The notes: generated from the sequence alone by a model not told the origin. Shown: positions 8,762 to 19,098, counted from the first letter of the stretch. The stretch: 64,000 nt of DNA from Acidimicrobiia bacterium (GCA_965231815.1 OZ246890.1:2833388-2897387), one strand, 5' to 3'. Program-made: numbers and translations.

Positions 8762-10120
8762 TTATAGCGGCTTCATGATCCATGAGACTAGGTCCGGCCG
8801 AGCCTGGAGCTTCTGGAACCATTCCTTCTCAACCTCGAACACCCGCCAATCGGAATCGGCCGGGACGGTTTCCGCTTCGACCGCGTTCCTGTGCGAGTGG
8901 GCGATCGACAGGTCCATGTTGGTGGGAGAACCATCGGCGAAGTAATGATCCCAGGCGTCCTGGAACCGTACGTAGTCCTCGATGTTGAACAACTCCGCGA
9001 TCAGATCCTCGTCGCTCACCAGTACGCCGCCCGCTCGGCGCACCGCTTCGTGCATTGGCGGGAGCACTTCGTCGGTACGGTTGTGCAGGTAGCGGGTGGT
9101 CCGGTACCAGATGGCCAGCAGACGCAACGCTGTCTCCTCGTTCGCGGCCAACCAGTCCTCGGTGGAAGCGAAAGTGCTGTACCAGAGTCCGGTCGCTCCG
9201 AATGCCTGGAACGGGGCGGCCGACACGAACTTGTCTCTCAGGTCAGGAGCGGTCAGCATCCGGTGCATCTGGATGCTGTCGCCCATGTGGTAGTCACCCT
9301 CCCCGGCGATGAACGAGGTGGAGGCAACGTTGATGTCCGCGAAGCCGATGATCTCAACGTCGTCGAGGGTGAGCCCGCCCTGTTCCAGCAGAGCCTTGAG
9401 GGTCGGAACACTGCCTGGGTCCCAGATTGTGAAGCTCCGTCCGGCGAGGGACGCGGAAAACTCCCGGTTGGCCTCGTCCAGATCACCGCCTGCGTCAACG
9501 AAGAAGTCGAGCCACGGCTTGTGTACCGGCCCGCCGACTTCGGGATCCGCGCGGCCTATCACCTGGAAACCCCTCCATTGGTATGACGTAATCCAGTTCC
9601 GGAACTCTGGAATGCTCTCGTACACACCGAACGCGCAAGCCGGGCAGGAGGCGATCACGTCAAACTCGCCTCGCTTCAGAGCAGCCGTGGGGAAGAAACC
9701 CTGGCTCGAGATGTCAAGTTCGATGTTCAACTCATCGGCTATGCCAAGCTGCTTGGAGGCGGCCCACAGGTTGAATGGATAGAACGGCCCGCCGTTGATC
9801 CGCACCGTGACGAGTGGCGCGTCCGGGATCATCGGCGCCATCTCATCCTCTTCCTCCGGCTCCACGAGCACCTCGCGTACGATCTCTCGGATCACCGTTG
9901 TCGGAGGCGCGGTCGTGGTGGGTCCGGCTGTGGTGGTAGGGGCCGCGGTCGTCGTCGGCGCCAGGGTCGTGGTCGGCGCGGCTGTGGTGGTAGGGGCCGC
10001 GGTCGTCGTCGGCGCCAGGGTCGTGGTCGGCGCTGGCTCGTCTGCCCCACAAGCGGTCGCTACTAGGGCCACCACCGCCATTATAGAAAATAATCTCCAC
10101 CGCTTGAGCGAGCTTCTCAC
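8762..10120 (-). CDS. ABC transporter substrate-binding lipoprotein (NMT1/SsuA/TauA-like) with Thr/Pro-rich linker
   Basis: Lipoprotein signal (VALVATACG), (TTTAAPTTT)n linker, then a type-2 periplasmic binding fold; adjacent to two SsuC-like permeases. Confidence 0.7.
   Translation of the reverse strand: MRSSLKRWRLFSIMAVVALVATACGADEPAPTTTLAPTTTAAPTTTAAPTTTLAPTTTAAPTTTAGPTTTAPPTTVIREIVREVLVEPEEEDEMAPMIPDAPLVTVRINGGPFYPFNLWAASKQLGIADELNIELDISSQGFFPTAALKRGEFDVIASCPACAFGVYESIPEFRNWITSYQWRGFQVIGRADPEVGGPVHKPWLDFFVDAGGDLDEANREFSASLAGRSFTIWDPGSVPTLKALLEQGGLTLDDVEIIGFADINVASTSFIAGEGDYHMGDSIQMHRMLTAPDLRDKFVSAAPFQAFGATGLWYSTFASTEDWLAANEETALRLLAIWYRTTRYLHNRTDEVLPPMHEAVRRAGGVLVSDEDLIAELFNIEDYVRFQDAWDHYFADGSPTNMDLSIAHSHRNAVEAETVPADSDWRVFEVEKEWFQKLQARPDLVSWIMKPL
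9928..10035. repeat. perfect 54-bp tandem duplication (x2) inside the SBP linker-coding region
   Basis: GGCTGTGGTGGTAGGGGCCGCGGTCGTCGTCGGCGCCAGGGTCGTGGTCGGCGC occurs twice head-to-tail, encoding repeated TTTAAPTTT linker units on the minus strand. Confidence 0.8.
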
Positions 10121-10202
10121 CTTGTCCTCCTATCTCGTAGGCTCCGTCCATCCTGTGCCAAAAGTTGCTCGGATCGGGCGAATCAAGGCTTTCGCGCACG
10201 GG

Positions 10203-11066
10203 TTAGTTGCCAAGCATGCTACCGACCAGTCCCCGATCCGTGCGTGGACTCCAGCGGGTTACTTTTGCCGATAAGTAACGAACCATCTGATCGAAGATGA
10301 TCGCCATAACGCAAAAGAGTGCCACGATCATCAGCATTCCGGACGGATCAAGGTACTGGTTACGGACCAGCAAGATATATCCGAGCCCTTCCCGTGAGCC
10401 CAGAAATTCGGCCGCAACATCGAGCCCCCACGCCGAAGCCACCGCTAGACGGAGAAACCCCACCAGGTGCGGAATGATCGCCGGGATGACAACCGTCCGG
10501 TAAATGAGGAATCGGCTCGCTCCCGTCGTGAGGGCGGCCTGCACGTAGATGTGGGGAACGTTGCGGATAGCTTCCAACGTGACAAGAGTGAACATGAGGA
10601 ACATACCAAGCGCCACCAGACCCACCTGGGGTAGGAAGCCGATGCCGAACCACAGAATGAACAACGGAATCAGCGCGAACAAGGGAACGGGCCGGACCAG
10701 GTTATCCAACGTGGCCTCGAAGAATCTTCTGACGAAAGGGCTGTATCCGAAGATAATGCCGGTGGTCAGACCTAGCACGCTTCCCAGGACCAACCCCAAC
10801 AAGACCATCTGTAAAGACACCCACGCGGCCGACGGGATGAGGTCGATTATCTCTATCAGAGACCCGAGAACCCTGTCCGGTCCGGGGAGTTTGGCCGGAT
10901 CAATGATGCCCCTCGTTAGCACGTACCAGAACACCAGCCCTATCAACGGAACCACCGACGCTTCAGCGAGCCGCCTTCCCGTCCCGACCGTACCCGGCTG
11001 CATGTGAAACTGCCTTCCCCCACTTCCCCTCACGGATCGGGAGGCGCGCCGCCCCATGGCCGTCAA
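10203..11066 (-). CDS. ABC transporter permease (SsuC/TauC-like, BPD_transp_1)
   Basis: Multiple TM helices and an EAA-like loop (ALTTGASRFLIYRTVVIPAIIP); overlaps the upstream permease by 4 nt. Confidence 0.8.
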   Translation of the reverse strand: MTAMGRRASRSVRGSGGRQFHMQPGTVGTGRRLAEASVVPLIGLVFWYVLTRGIIDPAKLPGPDRVLGSLIEIIDLIPSAAWVSLQMVLLGLVLGSVLGLTTGIIFGYSPFVRRFFEATLDNLVRPVPLFALIPLFILWFGIGFLPQVGLVALGMFLMFTLVTLEAIRNVPHIYVQAALTTGASRFLIYRTVVIPAIIPHLVGFLRLAVASAWGLDVAAEFLGSREGLGYILLVRNQYLDPSGMLMIVALFCVMAIIFDQMVRYLSAKVTRWSPRTDRGLVGSMLGN

Positions 11067-11971
11067 TTCCCCAACATGTGGCCGACCATGCCTTTTCTAG
11101 CCCTAGGGCTCCATCGTGTCAGTCGCGAGGCGGCAAACCGCACCGACTGATCGAAGATCACGGCCAGCGAGCAGAAAATGAAAACGATCAGAACGATCGA
11201 AGCGGTGTCCAGATAATACGAACCCCTGCTGATCATGATGTATCCGAGACCTTGCTGGCTTCCAGAGAGCTCAGCGGCCACGTCGAGTCCCCAGGCGTAG
11301 GCAGCCCCGAGCCGGACCGACGAAATGAGATGCGGTGTTATGGCCGGCATCACGACTGTCCGGTAGATCCGAAACCGCCCGGCCCCTGCGGTCAGGGCGG
11401 CCTTTACGTAGATTTGCGGGACATTCCGAACCGCTTCGAGGGTCGTCAGGCTCAACAACAGGAAGATACCTATCGCCACCAGGGCGACCAAGCGCACCAT
11501 CTCAACCCTGAACCACAGGATCATCAGAAAGATGAATGCGATGAACGGTACCGGGCGGACCAGGTTGTCGAGAGTGGCCTCGAAGTAGCGACGGACCGCC
11601 GGGCTGTAGCCGAGTAGGAGGCCTGCCGAGATCCCGGATAGGCCGCCGATCGTCAGGCCGATCAGTACGATCCGCAGAGAAGTCCAGAGAGCACCGGGCA
11701 GATCGTCCCGGAGCTCTACTCCACTATTGAACACGGCTTCAGGCGAAGGCAGATACACCTGATCGATCCGAGAGAACCCCGGCTCCCCTGTTGTGAAGAA
11801 CACTCGAAGAGCGGAGGGCAGGCTCTCGGGCTCGATCGGCATCTCTCTAGTGAGGAGGAACCACACGACCGCCAGGATTATCGGCACCACCGCGGCATGA
11901 GCGATCAGGAGGGACTGACGCGAGAAGCGCGCCTGGCCGAGCAGCGCTAGCCGACCGACACCTATTCCCAT
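11063..11971 (-). CDS. ABC transporter permease (SsuC/TauC-like)
   Basis: Paralog of the adjacent permease (same EAA loop, ALTAGAGRFRIYRTVVMPAITP); 6 predicted TM segments. Confidence 0.8.
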   Translation of the reverse strand: MGIGVGRLALLGQARFSRQSLLIAHAAVVPIILAVVWFLLTREMPIEPESLPSALRVFFTTGEPGFSRIDQVYLPSPEAVFNSGVELRDDLPGALWTSLRIVLIGLTIGGLSGISAGLLLGYSPAVRRYFEATLDNLVRPVPFIAFIFLMILWFRVEMVRLVALVAIGIFLLLSLTTLEAVRNVPQIYVKAALTAGAGRFRIYRTVVMPAITPHLISSVRLGAAYAWGLDVAAELSGSQQGLGYIMISRGSYYLDTASIVLIVFIFCSLAVIFDQSVRFAASRLTRWSPRARKGMVGHMLGN

Positions 11972-12305
11972 CCGGTTCCTCTCCGACGCGGGGCAGATAG
12001 TACCGACTCAACCCCCGTTCTTCATGTTTCCCACACCCCTATGAAGGGCCACTTCACGCTTGGTTTAGTGACTTTCATCGCATGCACTCGACGGGCAAGG
12101 GTCACAGTCGACTCGACAGGGGTGTCGAATCTGCCGTTATGCCAGGTTAGGGGGTTCGACAACCGGGCATCATCGGCTCGGACAACCCTGTGCAGAAAAA
12201 ATGGGGGATAACCTCCGTTCCGTCACCTGTCGGCCTCCTCAACCTGGTACGGAGAGGTAGGATCAGATACCAACCCATTCGATCCCCGAACGAGGAGGAA
12301 GGCCG

Positions 12306-12740
12306 ATGAGGCGTCGAATTGTTCTGGGGATCGTTCTCCTGCTGCTCGCTGCATGCGGGACCGGCTCGGGCCCGGCCGCCACCACTACCACCTCGACCTC
12401 CACCACACTGCCACCTACCACCACACTGCCTCCGACGACCGTGGTGGCGCCCACGGAAGGGCTTCCGGATGACTACCCGCCTGAACTGGTTCCGCCCGGT
12501 ACGACCTCGGTCTACTGGGAACCGACCGGCGCCGGTACCGACGTTTTCTTCGAGTCCTCCGCTGGTTTCGACGAGGTTCTCGACTTCTTCACCAACGTAC
12601 TCGAACCGCCACTCGATGTCAGGACCGAGGACGGTGTCGAGCGGGCAATCTGGGTCTACAAACCCGGCGTGGAACACATCGCGGTCATCCTCGAATACGA
12701 CTCGGAAGGCCTCCACATAAGAGTGTCAGGGCTGTTCTGA
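12306..12740 (+). CDS. small secreted lipoprotein with Thr/Pro-rich linker, function unknown
   Basis: Signal peptide plus lipobox (LLLLAACG), TTTSTSTTLPPTTTLPPTT linker; GGAGGAAGG RBS. Confidence 0.5.
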   Translation: MRRRIVLGIVLLLLAACGTGSGPAATTTTSTSTTLPPTTTLPPTTVVAPTEGLPDDYPPELVPPGTTSVYWEPTGAGTDVFFESSAGFDEVLDFFTNVLEPPLDVRTEDGVERAIWVYKPGVEHIAVILEYDSEGLHIRVSGLF

Positions 12741-13121
12741 CCGTCACGGTCTGCGTCTCGATCGGACTGAATTGCCAAACAAGGGTGTTGCCTTGACCGG
12801 ATGAACCGGGCGCACGCTGTTGCCGATGCGTGGGCCGACGTAGAGATATAGCAGCGTTCACCGTTGCACACATCAAGAAGTAGCCCGACCCGGAGTTCGA
12901 CCGTGGCCAGTCTCGAACCTGGTCACAGCCCGCTGCCGCGTGCGATCAGTTCGATTCGCTTCCGGGCCGTCCAAGGCCGCACGCACAGCTGGGCGCCGAC
13001 CGTGAAGAACGCCCTACATCGCTCGTCGGACCCCGCCGTTCGGCCCCGCCAGCCACGAAACCAGTTGCGCCTCCCGTCCACCGAGGCAATAATCGGCTCA
13101 GCTACCTTGGGAGGAGGAGCG

Positions 13122-14336
13122 ATGCCTGATGGCCGTGACCCGCTTAGCAGGAGGAACTTCGTAAAGCTAGTTGGTAAGGGGGCGGTGGTGGCAGGCGCTA
13201 TGCCGGCCGCGCTGGCCGCCTGCGGCGAGGACGCTCCACCCGAAACGGTGATCGTCACCGAGACCGTCATCGAGGAAAAGATTGTCACCGAGACCGTCAT
13301 CGAGGAAGCGCCGACTACCACGCTCAGCCCGCGTGATGCGGGCTTGGCGTCCGAGAACGGCGCCGACCTTCTCGTATACGCCCCTCCCGGACGAGAGATC
13401 CCCACCCAGTGGCCGGGTTACCTGGGTAGGTTCCCGGAGCCGCAGTTCGCTGCCACCGCGGGAAGCTTCGCTTCGCTCGGCGAGCTGCAGTTGGGCGCTA
13501 TCGAGCCGGATATCTGGAACCCGTGTTTCGCGGTGTTCGACACCGCGGTAAGCGAGGGGCTCGTCCAGCCGTGGGATACGGACCTGATCCCCAACTTCAA
13601 GGATCTGAACCCCAACCTGACCGCCGCCACCCAGCGTGACGGTCAGCAGTATGCCATTCCGCTGCTCTACGGTCTGGCGATCCCGATTTACCGGGCCGAC
13701 CTCTACACACCCAAGGAGAACTCGTACTCCATCCTCTTCGATGAGGACTTGGCGGGGAAGGTCACGTGGACGGACTCGGCGGAGTGGTTCGTGGTGGCCG
13801 GGAAGCTTCCCGAGAACAACGTTGCCAACCCGCTTGATCCGACCGAGGAGGAACTGGACCGGCTGGTCGAGTTCCTGAAGGCGAAGATCCGGGTGGTGCC
13901 GGCGGCTCTGTACAGCGATCTTGCGACCAACCAAACAGATATGGCCACGGGCAACATCGTGGCGTCCTACGTAGCGCCCACCCAATGGATCGAGTTGACC
14001 AAGCAGGGCGTCGACATCGCTTTCGTCACCCCTGATGAGGGCTTCATCGGGTTCTCGTGCGGGTACTTCCTTCTCGCCGGGGCCGACCAGTACTACCACG
14101 CCCACGAGTGGGTCAACGCGGCGGTCAGCGTCGAGGCGTCCCTGACCATCTCGAATAAGTTCAACTTCGGGAACTCCAACCTGAAGGCGACCGCCGTTGA
14201 CAACCCTTTGCTGGTTGACGTGATGGGTCTGGGTAACCCCTCCGCGCTGGACGGAGTTTCGCTACTAGACAAGATGCAGAACATCGACAGGCTGAACGAC
14301 GCCTGGATTGAGGTCAAGGCCTCGGCGGGAGTCTGA
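13122..14336 (+). CDS. ABC transporter substrate-binding protein (PotD/PotF-like polyamine/opine family), Tat signal
   Basis: Start reassigned to the ATG after a GGAGGAGG RBS. Twin-arginine motif (SRRNFVKL), AACGED lipobox-like region, and a PotD-family fold downstream. The upstream part of the long ORF has no coding signal. Confidence 0.75.
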   Translation: MPDGRDPLSRRNFVKLVGKGAVVAGAMPAALAACGEDAPPETVIVTETVIEEKIVTETVIEEAPTTTLSPRDAGLASENGADLLVYAPPGREIPTQWPGYLGRFPEPQFAATAGSFASLGELQLGAIEPDIWNPCFAVFDTAVSEGLVQPWDTDLIPNFKDLNPNLTAATQRDGQQYAIPLLYGLAIPIYRADLYTPKENSYSILFDEDLAGKVTWTDSAEWFVVAGKLPENNVANPLDPTEEELDRLVEFLKAKIRVVPAALYSDLATNQTDMATGNIVASYVAPTQWIELTKQGVDIAFVTPDEGFIGFSCGYFLLAGADQYYHAHEWVNAAVSVEASLTISNKFNFGNSNLKATAVDNPLLVDVMGLGNPSALDGVSLLDKMQNIDRLNDAWIEVKASAGV

Positions 14337-14393
14337 TCCGCATTCAATTCCGGTGGTCTGTCCGTCCGGTAGGCTGACGAGCCGGGCTGACCC

Positions 14394-15323
14394 TTGCCGT
14401 TAAGCACCGTGACACCCGAGAACGACACCTCCGAGAAGTCAGGTCGCGTGGCCGGCCTGGAGCGCCGACGCCATCGGGTAACGCGCTCCCTGCTGGCCTT
14501 GCCGCTGGGGTGGCTGCTACTTTTTTTTGTTATCCCGGTATCGCTGGTGGTGGCTTACAGCGTCGGGATTCTGGCGACCTTCACCAAGGAGGAGGGGGTC
14601 AGCTTGGAGAGCTGGCGGCTCTTCCTGTCCGGGGAAAACGTCTACATGCTGCTGTTCCTCAAGTCATTCCGGATGGCGTTGATCGTGGCCGTGGTGGTGG
14701 TGATCGCCGCCTACCCCATCTCCTACTTCCTGGCGATGATCGCCGACAAATACAAGTACTCGTTGCTGCTATTGATGATCGCTCCGTTCATGACCAACTT
14801 CTTCATGCGGGTGATGGCCTGGAAGGTGTTGCTCGGCAAGCAGGGGGTGATCAACTCCTTCCTGGTTTGGTCGGGTCTCCGCGAAGTGGGGAATCCCATC
14901 GAGAGCCTTGCCTTCGGCGAAGTCCCGGTGATGATAGTGTTGGGATACGTCTGGATTCCCTTTGTGATGCTCCCTATGTTCGCAGCCATGATCAGTATGG
15001 ACCGCCGGCTGCTGGAGGCGGCCGCCGACCTAGGGGCGAGCCGATGGCGGGCTTTCTGGAAGGTGACCTTCCCGCTCAGCCTCCCCGGAGTGGTGGCGTC
15101 CTTCTTCTTCGTCTTCATCCCGACCATCGGGGAGTTCGTGGTGCCCAAGCTCGTTGGTGGGACTAGGGGTTACATGTTCGGGAGCGCCATCGACGACCTG
15201 TTCGGAATGGGCCTCGACTGGCGCACCGGCTCCGTACTTTCCCTTTGGCTGGTTATGGCCGTGTTCGTACTGGCTCTGGTATTCATGCGGTTGGTACGCT
15301 TCGGCAGGTTGGCAGAGTCATGA
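14394..15323 (+). CDS. ABC transporter permease (PotB-like)
   Basis: 6 TM helices and an EAA motif region (EAAADLGASRWRAFWKVTFP). Confidence 0.8.
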   Translation: MPLSTVTPENDTSEKSGRVAGLERRRHRVTRSLLALPLGWLLLFFVIPVSLVVAYSVGILATFTKEEGVSLESWRLFLSGENVYMLLFLKSFRMALIVAVVVVIAAYPISYFLAMIADKYKYSLLLLMIAPFMTNFFMRVMAWKVLLGKQGVINSFLVWSGLREVGNPIESLAFGEVPVMIVLGYVWIPFVMLPMFAAMISMDRRLLEAAADLGASRWRAFWKVTFPLSLPGVVASFFFVFIPTIGEFVVPKLVGGTRGYMFGSAIDDLFGMGLDWRTGSVLSLWLVMAVFVLALVFMRLVRFGRLAES

Positions 15324-16201
15324 TCGACATCGCCACCTCCCGGTGGGCCAAACGAGCCCTGATAGCGGTATTTATCTTCGAGATAATCTTCCTCTACGCC
15401 CCCATCACCATGCTCTACATTTTCTCATTCAACGAGGGCACGGTGGTGGGGTTCCCGTTCGCCGGTTTCACCTTGGACTGGTACAGGGAGGCCCTTACCA
15501 ACCGAGGTCTCCTGCTTTCTATGAGAACCAGCGCAACGATCGCCCTCATGTCTAGTACTGCATCGATAGTGGTCGGCCTCTTGATGGCCATCCCTCTGGC
15601 CCGGCGCAAGTTCAAGGCAAAGGCGCCGATCATGGCGCTGGTGCTCAGTCCTCTCGTGGTACCCCATCTCGTGTTCGGGGTTGCGTTGCTGATCACCTTC
15701 AGGAGCGTTGAGGTTCTGACCAACGGAGCTTTCGAGTTCCCCTTATCACTTCCTTCCGTAGCGATTGGCCACGTCGTGGTTTTGATGCCGCTTATAGTCT
15801 TGATCCTGATACCCCGTCTACAACGAATCGATGCTCACCTCGAGGAGGCGGCCGAGGACTTGGGCGCCAGCGGGTGGCGAACCTTCCGGAGCGTGATCCT
15901 TCCACTGATCGCGCCGGCTCTGATGGCGGCATACGTGATCTCGTTCATCATCTCGTTCAACGAGTTCGCGGTGGCGGTATTCGTGAGCGGACCTACCACC
16001 ACCTTCCCGATCTACGTGCTGGCCCAACTCCAGTATCCGGTGGACGTGCCCCAGGTCATCGCTATCTCGGTCATCGTCGTAACCATCTCCCTGCTGGTGG
16101 TGGTGGGCGCCGAGGTGCTACGGCGAGTGTTCGAGCGGCGGTACCGGGTACTGAACCAGACCGCCGGACTGCTCGGCGTGGCCGACGCCGATACGGAGTG
16201 A
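15320..16201 (+). CDS. ABC transporter permease (PotC-like)
   Basis: Start set at the ATG overlapping the upstream stop (ATGA). EAA motif (EEAAEDLGASGWRTFRSVILP). Confidence 0.8.
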   Translation: MIDIATSRWAKRALIAVFIFEIIFLYAPITMLYIFSFNEGTVVGFPFAGFTLDWYREALTNRGLLLSMRTSATIALMSSTASIVVGLLMAIPLARRKFKAKAPIMALVLSPLVVPHLVFGVALLITFRSVEVLTNGAFEFPLSLPSVAIGHVVVLMPLIVLILIPRLQRIDAHLEEAAEDLGASGWRTFRSVILPLIAPALMAAYVISFIISFNEFAVAVFVSGPTTTFPIYVLAQLQYPVDVPQVIAISVIVVTISLLVVVGAEVLRRVFERRYRVLNQTAGLLGVADADTE

Positions 16202-16232
16202 GCATGAGCGTCCGCCGGGAACGGAAAGCGTA

Positions 16233-17990
16233 ATGTCGGATCGGGCATCTTTGCTCCAGCCCTACTCCCGGAAGACTCACGCTTGGGCGGGTGTCGATCT
16301 CGAACGCAACGTCGAGATGCAGACCAGGGACGGAGTGACGTTGAGAAGCGACATCTACCGACCGCTCGGTGACGGCCCGTGGCCGGTCCTGCTCCACCGA
16401 ACACCCTACGGTAAGGACTTCGTCCACGACGGTCACTACTTACACCCCGGCTGGTACGTACGGAGTAGCTTCGTTGTGGTGGTACAGGACGTGAGGGGCA
16501 GGTTCGGATCGGATGGCGCTTTCACTCCCTATCTCAACGAGGCGTCCGACGGATACGACACGGTGGAATGGGCGGCCGGTTTGGAGGGTTCCAACGGCCG
16601 GGTGGGAATGTACGGGGCGAGCTATCCAGGGATGGTCCAGTATCTGGCGGCGGTCGAAAGCCCTCCGAGCCTCGGAGCGATCTCTCCCACCGTTGCCGCT
16701 GCCGACCTGTACAGCCATTGGACCTACGAGGGGGGCGCCCTGCGCATGTTCGTCCCCCACTGGACGGCTGCCCTTCTTATGGAAATCGGCATGCGGCGTG
16801 GCCAGCCCGATCTGACCGCCCGCGGTAGGGCTATCAGGTCAGTGCCTTCGCAGGCGGGTGCATGGCTGGGCTCGGCGGCACCGGTGGAGTTGGATCCGCT
16901 CGAGCACGCCGACTTCTACAGGGAGTGGCTGGAGCATCCCACCAATGACGCTTTCTGGAAGGAACGCAGCGCTCTCCACCGCATGGACTCGGTGCAGTGC
17001 GCGGTTCTCCACATCGGGGCCTGGTTCGACACCTTCCTCGAAGGCGCCCTAGCGGCCTACCGGGAGTTGGCTTCCCGACCGGACGGCCCTGAGCAATGGC
17101 TGATCATCGGTCCGTGGGGACACCTCCCGGGCGGTGAGCGTATAGGAGACCTGATTCTCGGACCTCAGGCCAGAGGTACTGTGAATCTCGACCAGGTTCA
17201 GGTCGACTTCTTCCACCGCCATCTCGGTGCGAGCACTTCGGCAAGCGACGAGAGTCGGGTCCGCTACTACGTGTTGTTCGAGAACCGCTGGCGTGACACC
17301 CCGACATGGCCGCCTTCCGGGACAGAAACCACTCTCTATCTCCGTTCGGATGGAACCGCCAACACAGTGGGCGGTGACGGCCGGCTCGATCAGCTACCTC
17401 CGGAGGCGCCGGAACCGGCTGACCTGTATCACTACGTTCCCCGCATCCCGGTGGCGGCAGCCGGTGGACACACCTGCTGTGACGAGAACGCCATGCCGGC
17501 CGGACCGCGCAGCCAGCACTTCCTGGAGAGGCTGCCCGAAATACTTGTCTACTCGACCGAGCCTTTCGCCGAAGAGGTCACTATCGCCGGTCCGGTCACG
17601 GCCCGGTTGTGGACCGCTACCGAAGCGGTCTCGGCCGACTACGTAACCCGCCTCTGCATGGTCCGCAACGGCAGGTCGCTGAACATCAGCGACGGGATAA
17701 GGCGGATGCCCGCCGAGGACCTTGCTCAGGCGCGGGACGGGGATGGTGTAGCTCAGGTTGAGATTCGGATGCAGTCCACCGCCGCGCTGATCCGCCCCGG
17801 CGACCGGTTGCGTCTTCATGTCACCAGCGGCGCCTTCCCGGCTTTCGACATCAACCCGCAGACCGGGGCCCTGCCCGCCACGACCCCGACCTGGGACGGG
17901 ATGGCTGCCATGCACGGTGTCTGCCACGAGCCGGGACGGGAGTCATCGCTAATCTTCACACTGACCAAGGAGAGGGATCATGACGGCTAG
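16233..17990 (+). CDS. CocE/NonD family alpha/beta hydrolase (S15 X-Pro dipeptidyl-peptidase-like)
   Basis: N-terminal LHRTPYGKD signature and GASYPG nucleophile elbow. The large C-terminal beta-sandwich domain is typical of CocE/NonD. Confidence 0.75.
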   Translation: MSDRASLLQPYSRKTHAWAGVDLERNVEMQTRDGVTLRSDIYRPLGDGPWPVLLHRTPYGKDFVHDGHYLHPGWYVRSSFVVVVQDVRGRFGSDGAFTPYLNEASDGYDTVEWAAGLEGSNGRVGMYGASYPGMVQYLAAVESPPSLGAISPTVAAADLYSHWTYEGGALRMFVPHWTAALLMEIGMRRGQPDLTARGRAIRSVPSQAGAWLGSAAPVELDPLEHADFYREWLEHPTNDAFWKERSALHRMDSVQCAVLHIGAWFDTFLEGALAAYRELASRPDGPEQWLIIGPWGHLPGGERIGDLILGPQARGTVNLDQVQVDFFHRHLGASTSASDESRVRYYVLFENRWRDTPTWPPSGTETTLYLRSDGTANTVGGDGRLDQLPPEAPEPADLYHYVPRIPVAAAGGHTCCDENAMPAGPRSQHFLERLPEILVYSTEPFAEEVTIAGPVTARLWTATEAVSADYVTRLCMVRNGRSLNISDGIRRMPAEDLAQARDGDGVAQVEIRMQSTAALIRPGDRLRLHVTSGAFPAFDINPQTGALPATTPTWDGMAAMHGVCHEPGRESSLIFTLTKERDHDG

Positions 17991-19098
17991 CTCCTCGCCG
18001 ATGCCCGATGTCGGGATCCGCCTCGAGGGCGTAACCAAGCGATTCGGGGAGGTAGTGGCGGTCGACAACGTCGACATCGTCATCCGTGAAGGGGAGTTTT
18101 TCTCCTTGCTGGGACCGAGTGGGTGTGGCAAGACGACCAGCCTGCGCATGATCGCAGGGTTCGAAGCTCCAGACGCCGGTCGGGTCCTGCTGCGTGACAA
18201 GGACGTAAGTGGGGAGCTTCCCAGCAAGCGCAACGTGAATATGGTGTTCCAGCACTATGCATTGTTTCCCCACATGAACGTCGAGGAAAACGTCACGTTC
18301 GGGCTGCGCGTCGCCGGGGTCCGAAGGAATGAACGCGTCAAGCGAGTGACTGAAATCTTGGAGATCGTCCGTATGCCCGGTTTCCAGAAGCGCAAGCCAT
18401 GGCAGTTGTCGGGCGGGCAGCAGCAGCGGGTCGCCCTCGCCCGAGCGCTGGTCAATCGACCTTCGGCTCTCCTCCTCGACGAACCCCTAGGCGCCCTTGA
18501 CGTAAAGCTGCGCCGCGAGATGCAATTGGAGCTGAAGGCCATCCAGCATGAGTTGGGTACCACCTTCGTGTATGTCACCCATGATCAGGAGGAGGCGCTC
18601 ACCATGTCGGACCGCATTGCGGTCATGAACCTGGGCAGGGTTGAGCAAACCGGTACTCCACGGGAGATCTACGAGCAGCCACAGTCGTCCTTCGTGGCCG
18701 GCTTCATCGGTTCCCTCAACGCTATGAGTTTAGTGGTCGAGCAATGCCGCGACGGCATGGGTATAACCCCGGTCGGTGGTGGTCGGATTATGGCTCGGGT
18801 GGGGGATTCCTCTAAACCTGGCGCCGCGTTGAGAGTGGCGGTCCGTCCCGAACAGATAGCACTGGGTCCGCCGAACGCGCCCGTCCACCCGGACGGTTCG
18901 GTCGTGGTCGGAACTATCGAGGAGGTGATCTACCTGGGGGCGGTAAGTCTCTTCCATCTCGGAGTCCCTGGCTTGGACCGGCTGGTCAGCCAGCGCATGT
19001 CACATGAAGAGGAGTCCGCCTTCCAGGTCGGCGACCGCGTGTCCGCCTCGTGGGAGTCCGTCCACACCTTGGTGCTCGAGGCGAATCCAGACACCTGA
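17980..19098 (+). CDS. ABC transporter ATP-binding protein (PotA-like, with C-terminal TOBE domain)
   Basis: Walker A GPSGCGKTT, Q-loop, signature LSGGQQQRVALARAL, Walker B LLLDEPLGALD, H-loop. Confidence 0.85.
   Translation: MTASSSPMPDVGIRLEGVTKRFGEVVAVDNVDIVIREGEFFSLLGPSGCGKTTSLRMIAGFEAPDAGRVLLRDKDVSGELPSKRNVNMVFQHYALFPHMNVEENVTFGLRVAGVRRNERVKRVTEILEIVRMPGFQKRKPWQLSGGQQQRVALARALVNRPSALLLDEPLGALDVKLRREMQLELKAIQHELGTTFVYVTHDQEEALTMSDRIAVMNLGRVEQTGTPREIYEQPQSSFVAGFIGSLNAMSLVVEQCRDGMGITPVGGGRIMARVGDSSKPGAALRVAVRPEQIALGPPNAPVHPDGSVVVGTIEEVIYLGAVSLFHLGVPGLDRLVSQRMSHEEESAFQVGDRVSASWESVHTLVLEANPDT

Noticed and set aside
7477-8778. Long antisense ORFs (7477-8778; 22167-22433; 23435-24442; 28896-29714; 35244-36020; 42514-43335)
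   Set aside because: They lie opposite well-supported genes, have Arg/Pro/Gly-rich low-complexity translations and no motifs. These are standard high-GC shadow ORFs.
12760-13000. Possible tRNA or tRNA-like att site upstream of the PotD-like gene (GAGTTCGACC…)
   Set aside because: No canonical T-loop (GTTCRANYC), no acceptor or anticodon stem pairing; likely just a non-coding leader.
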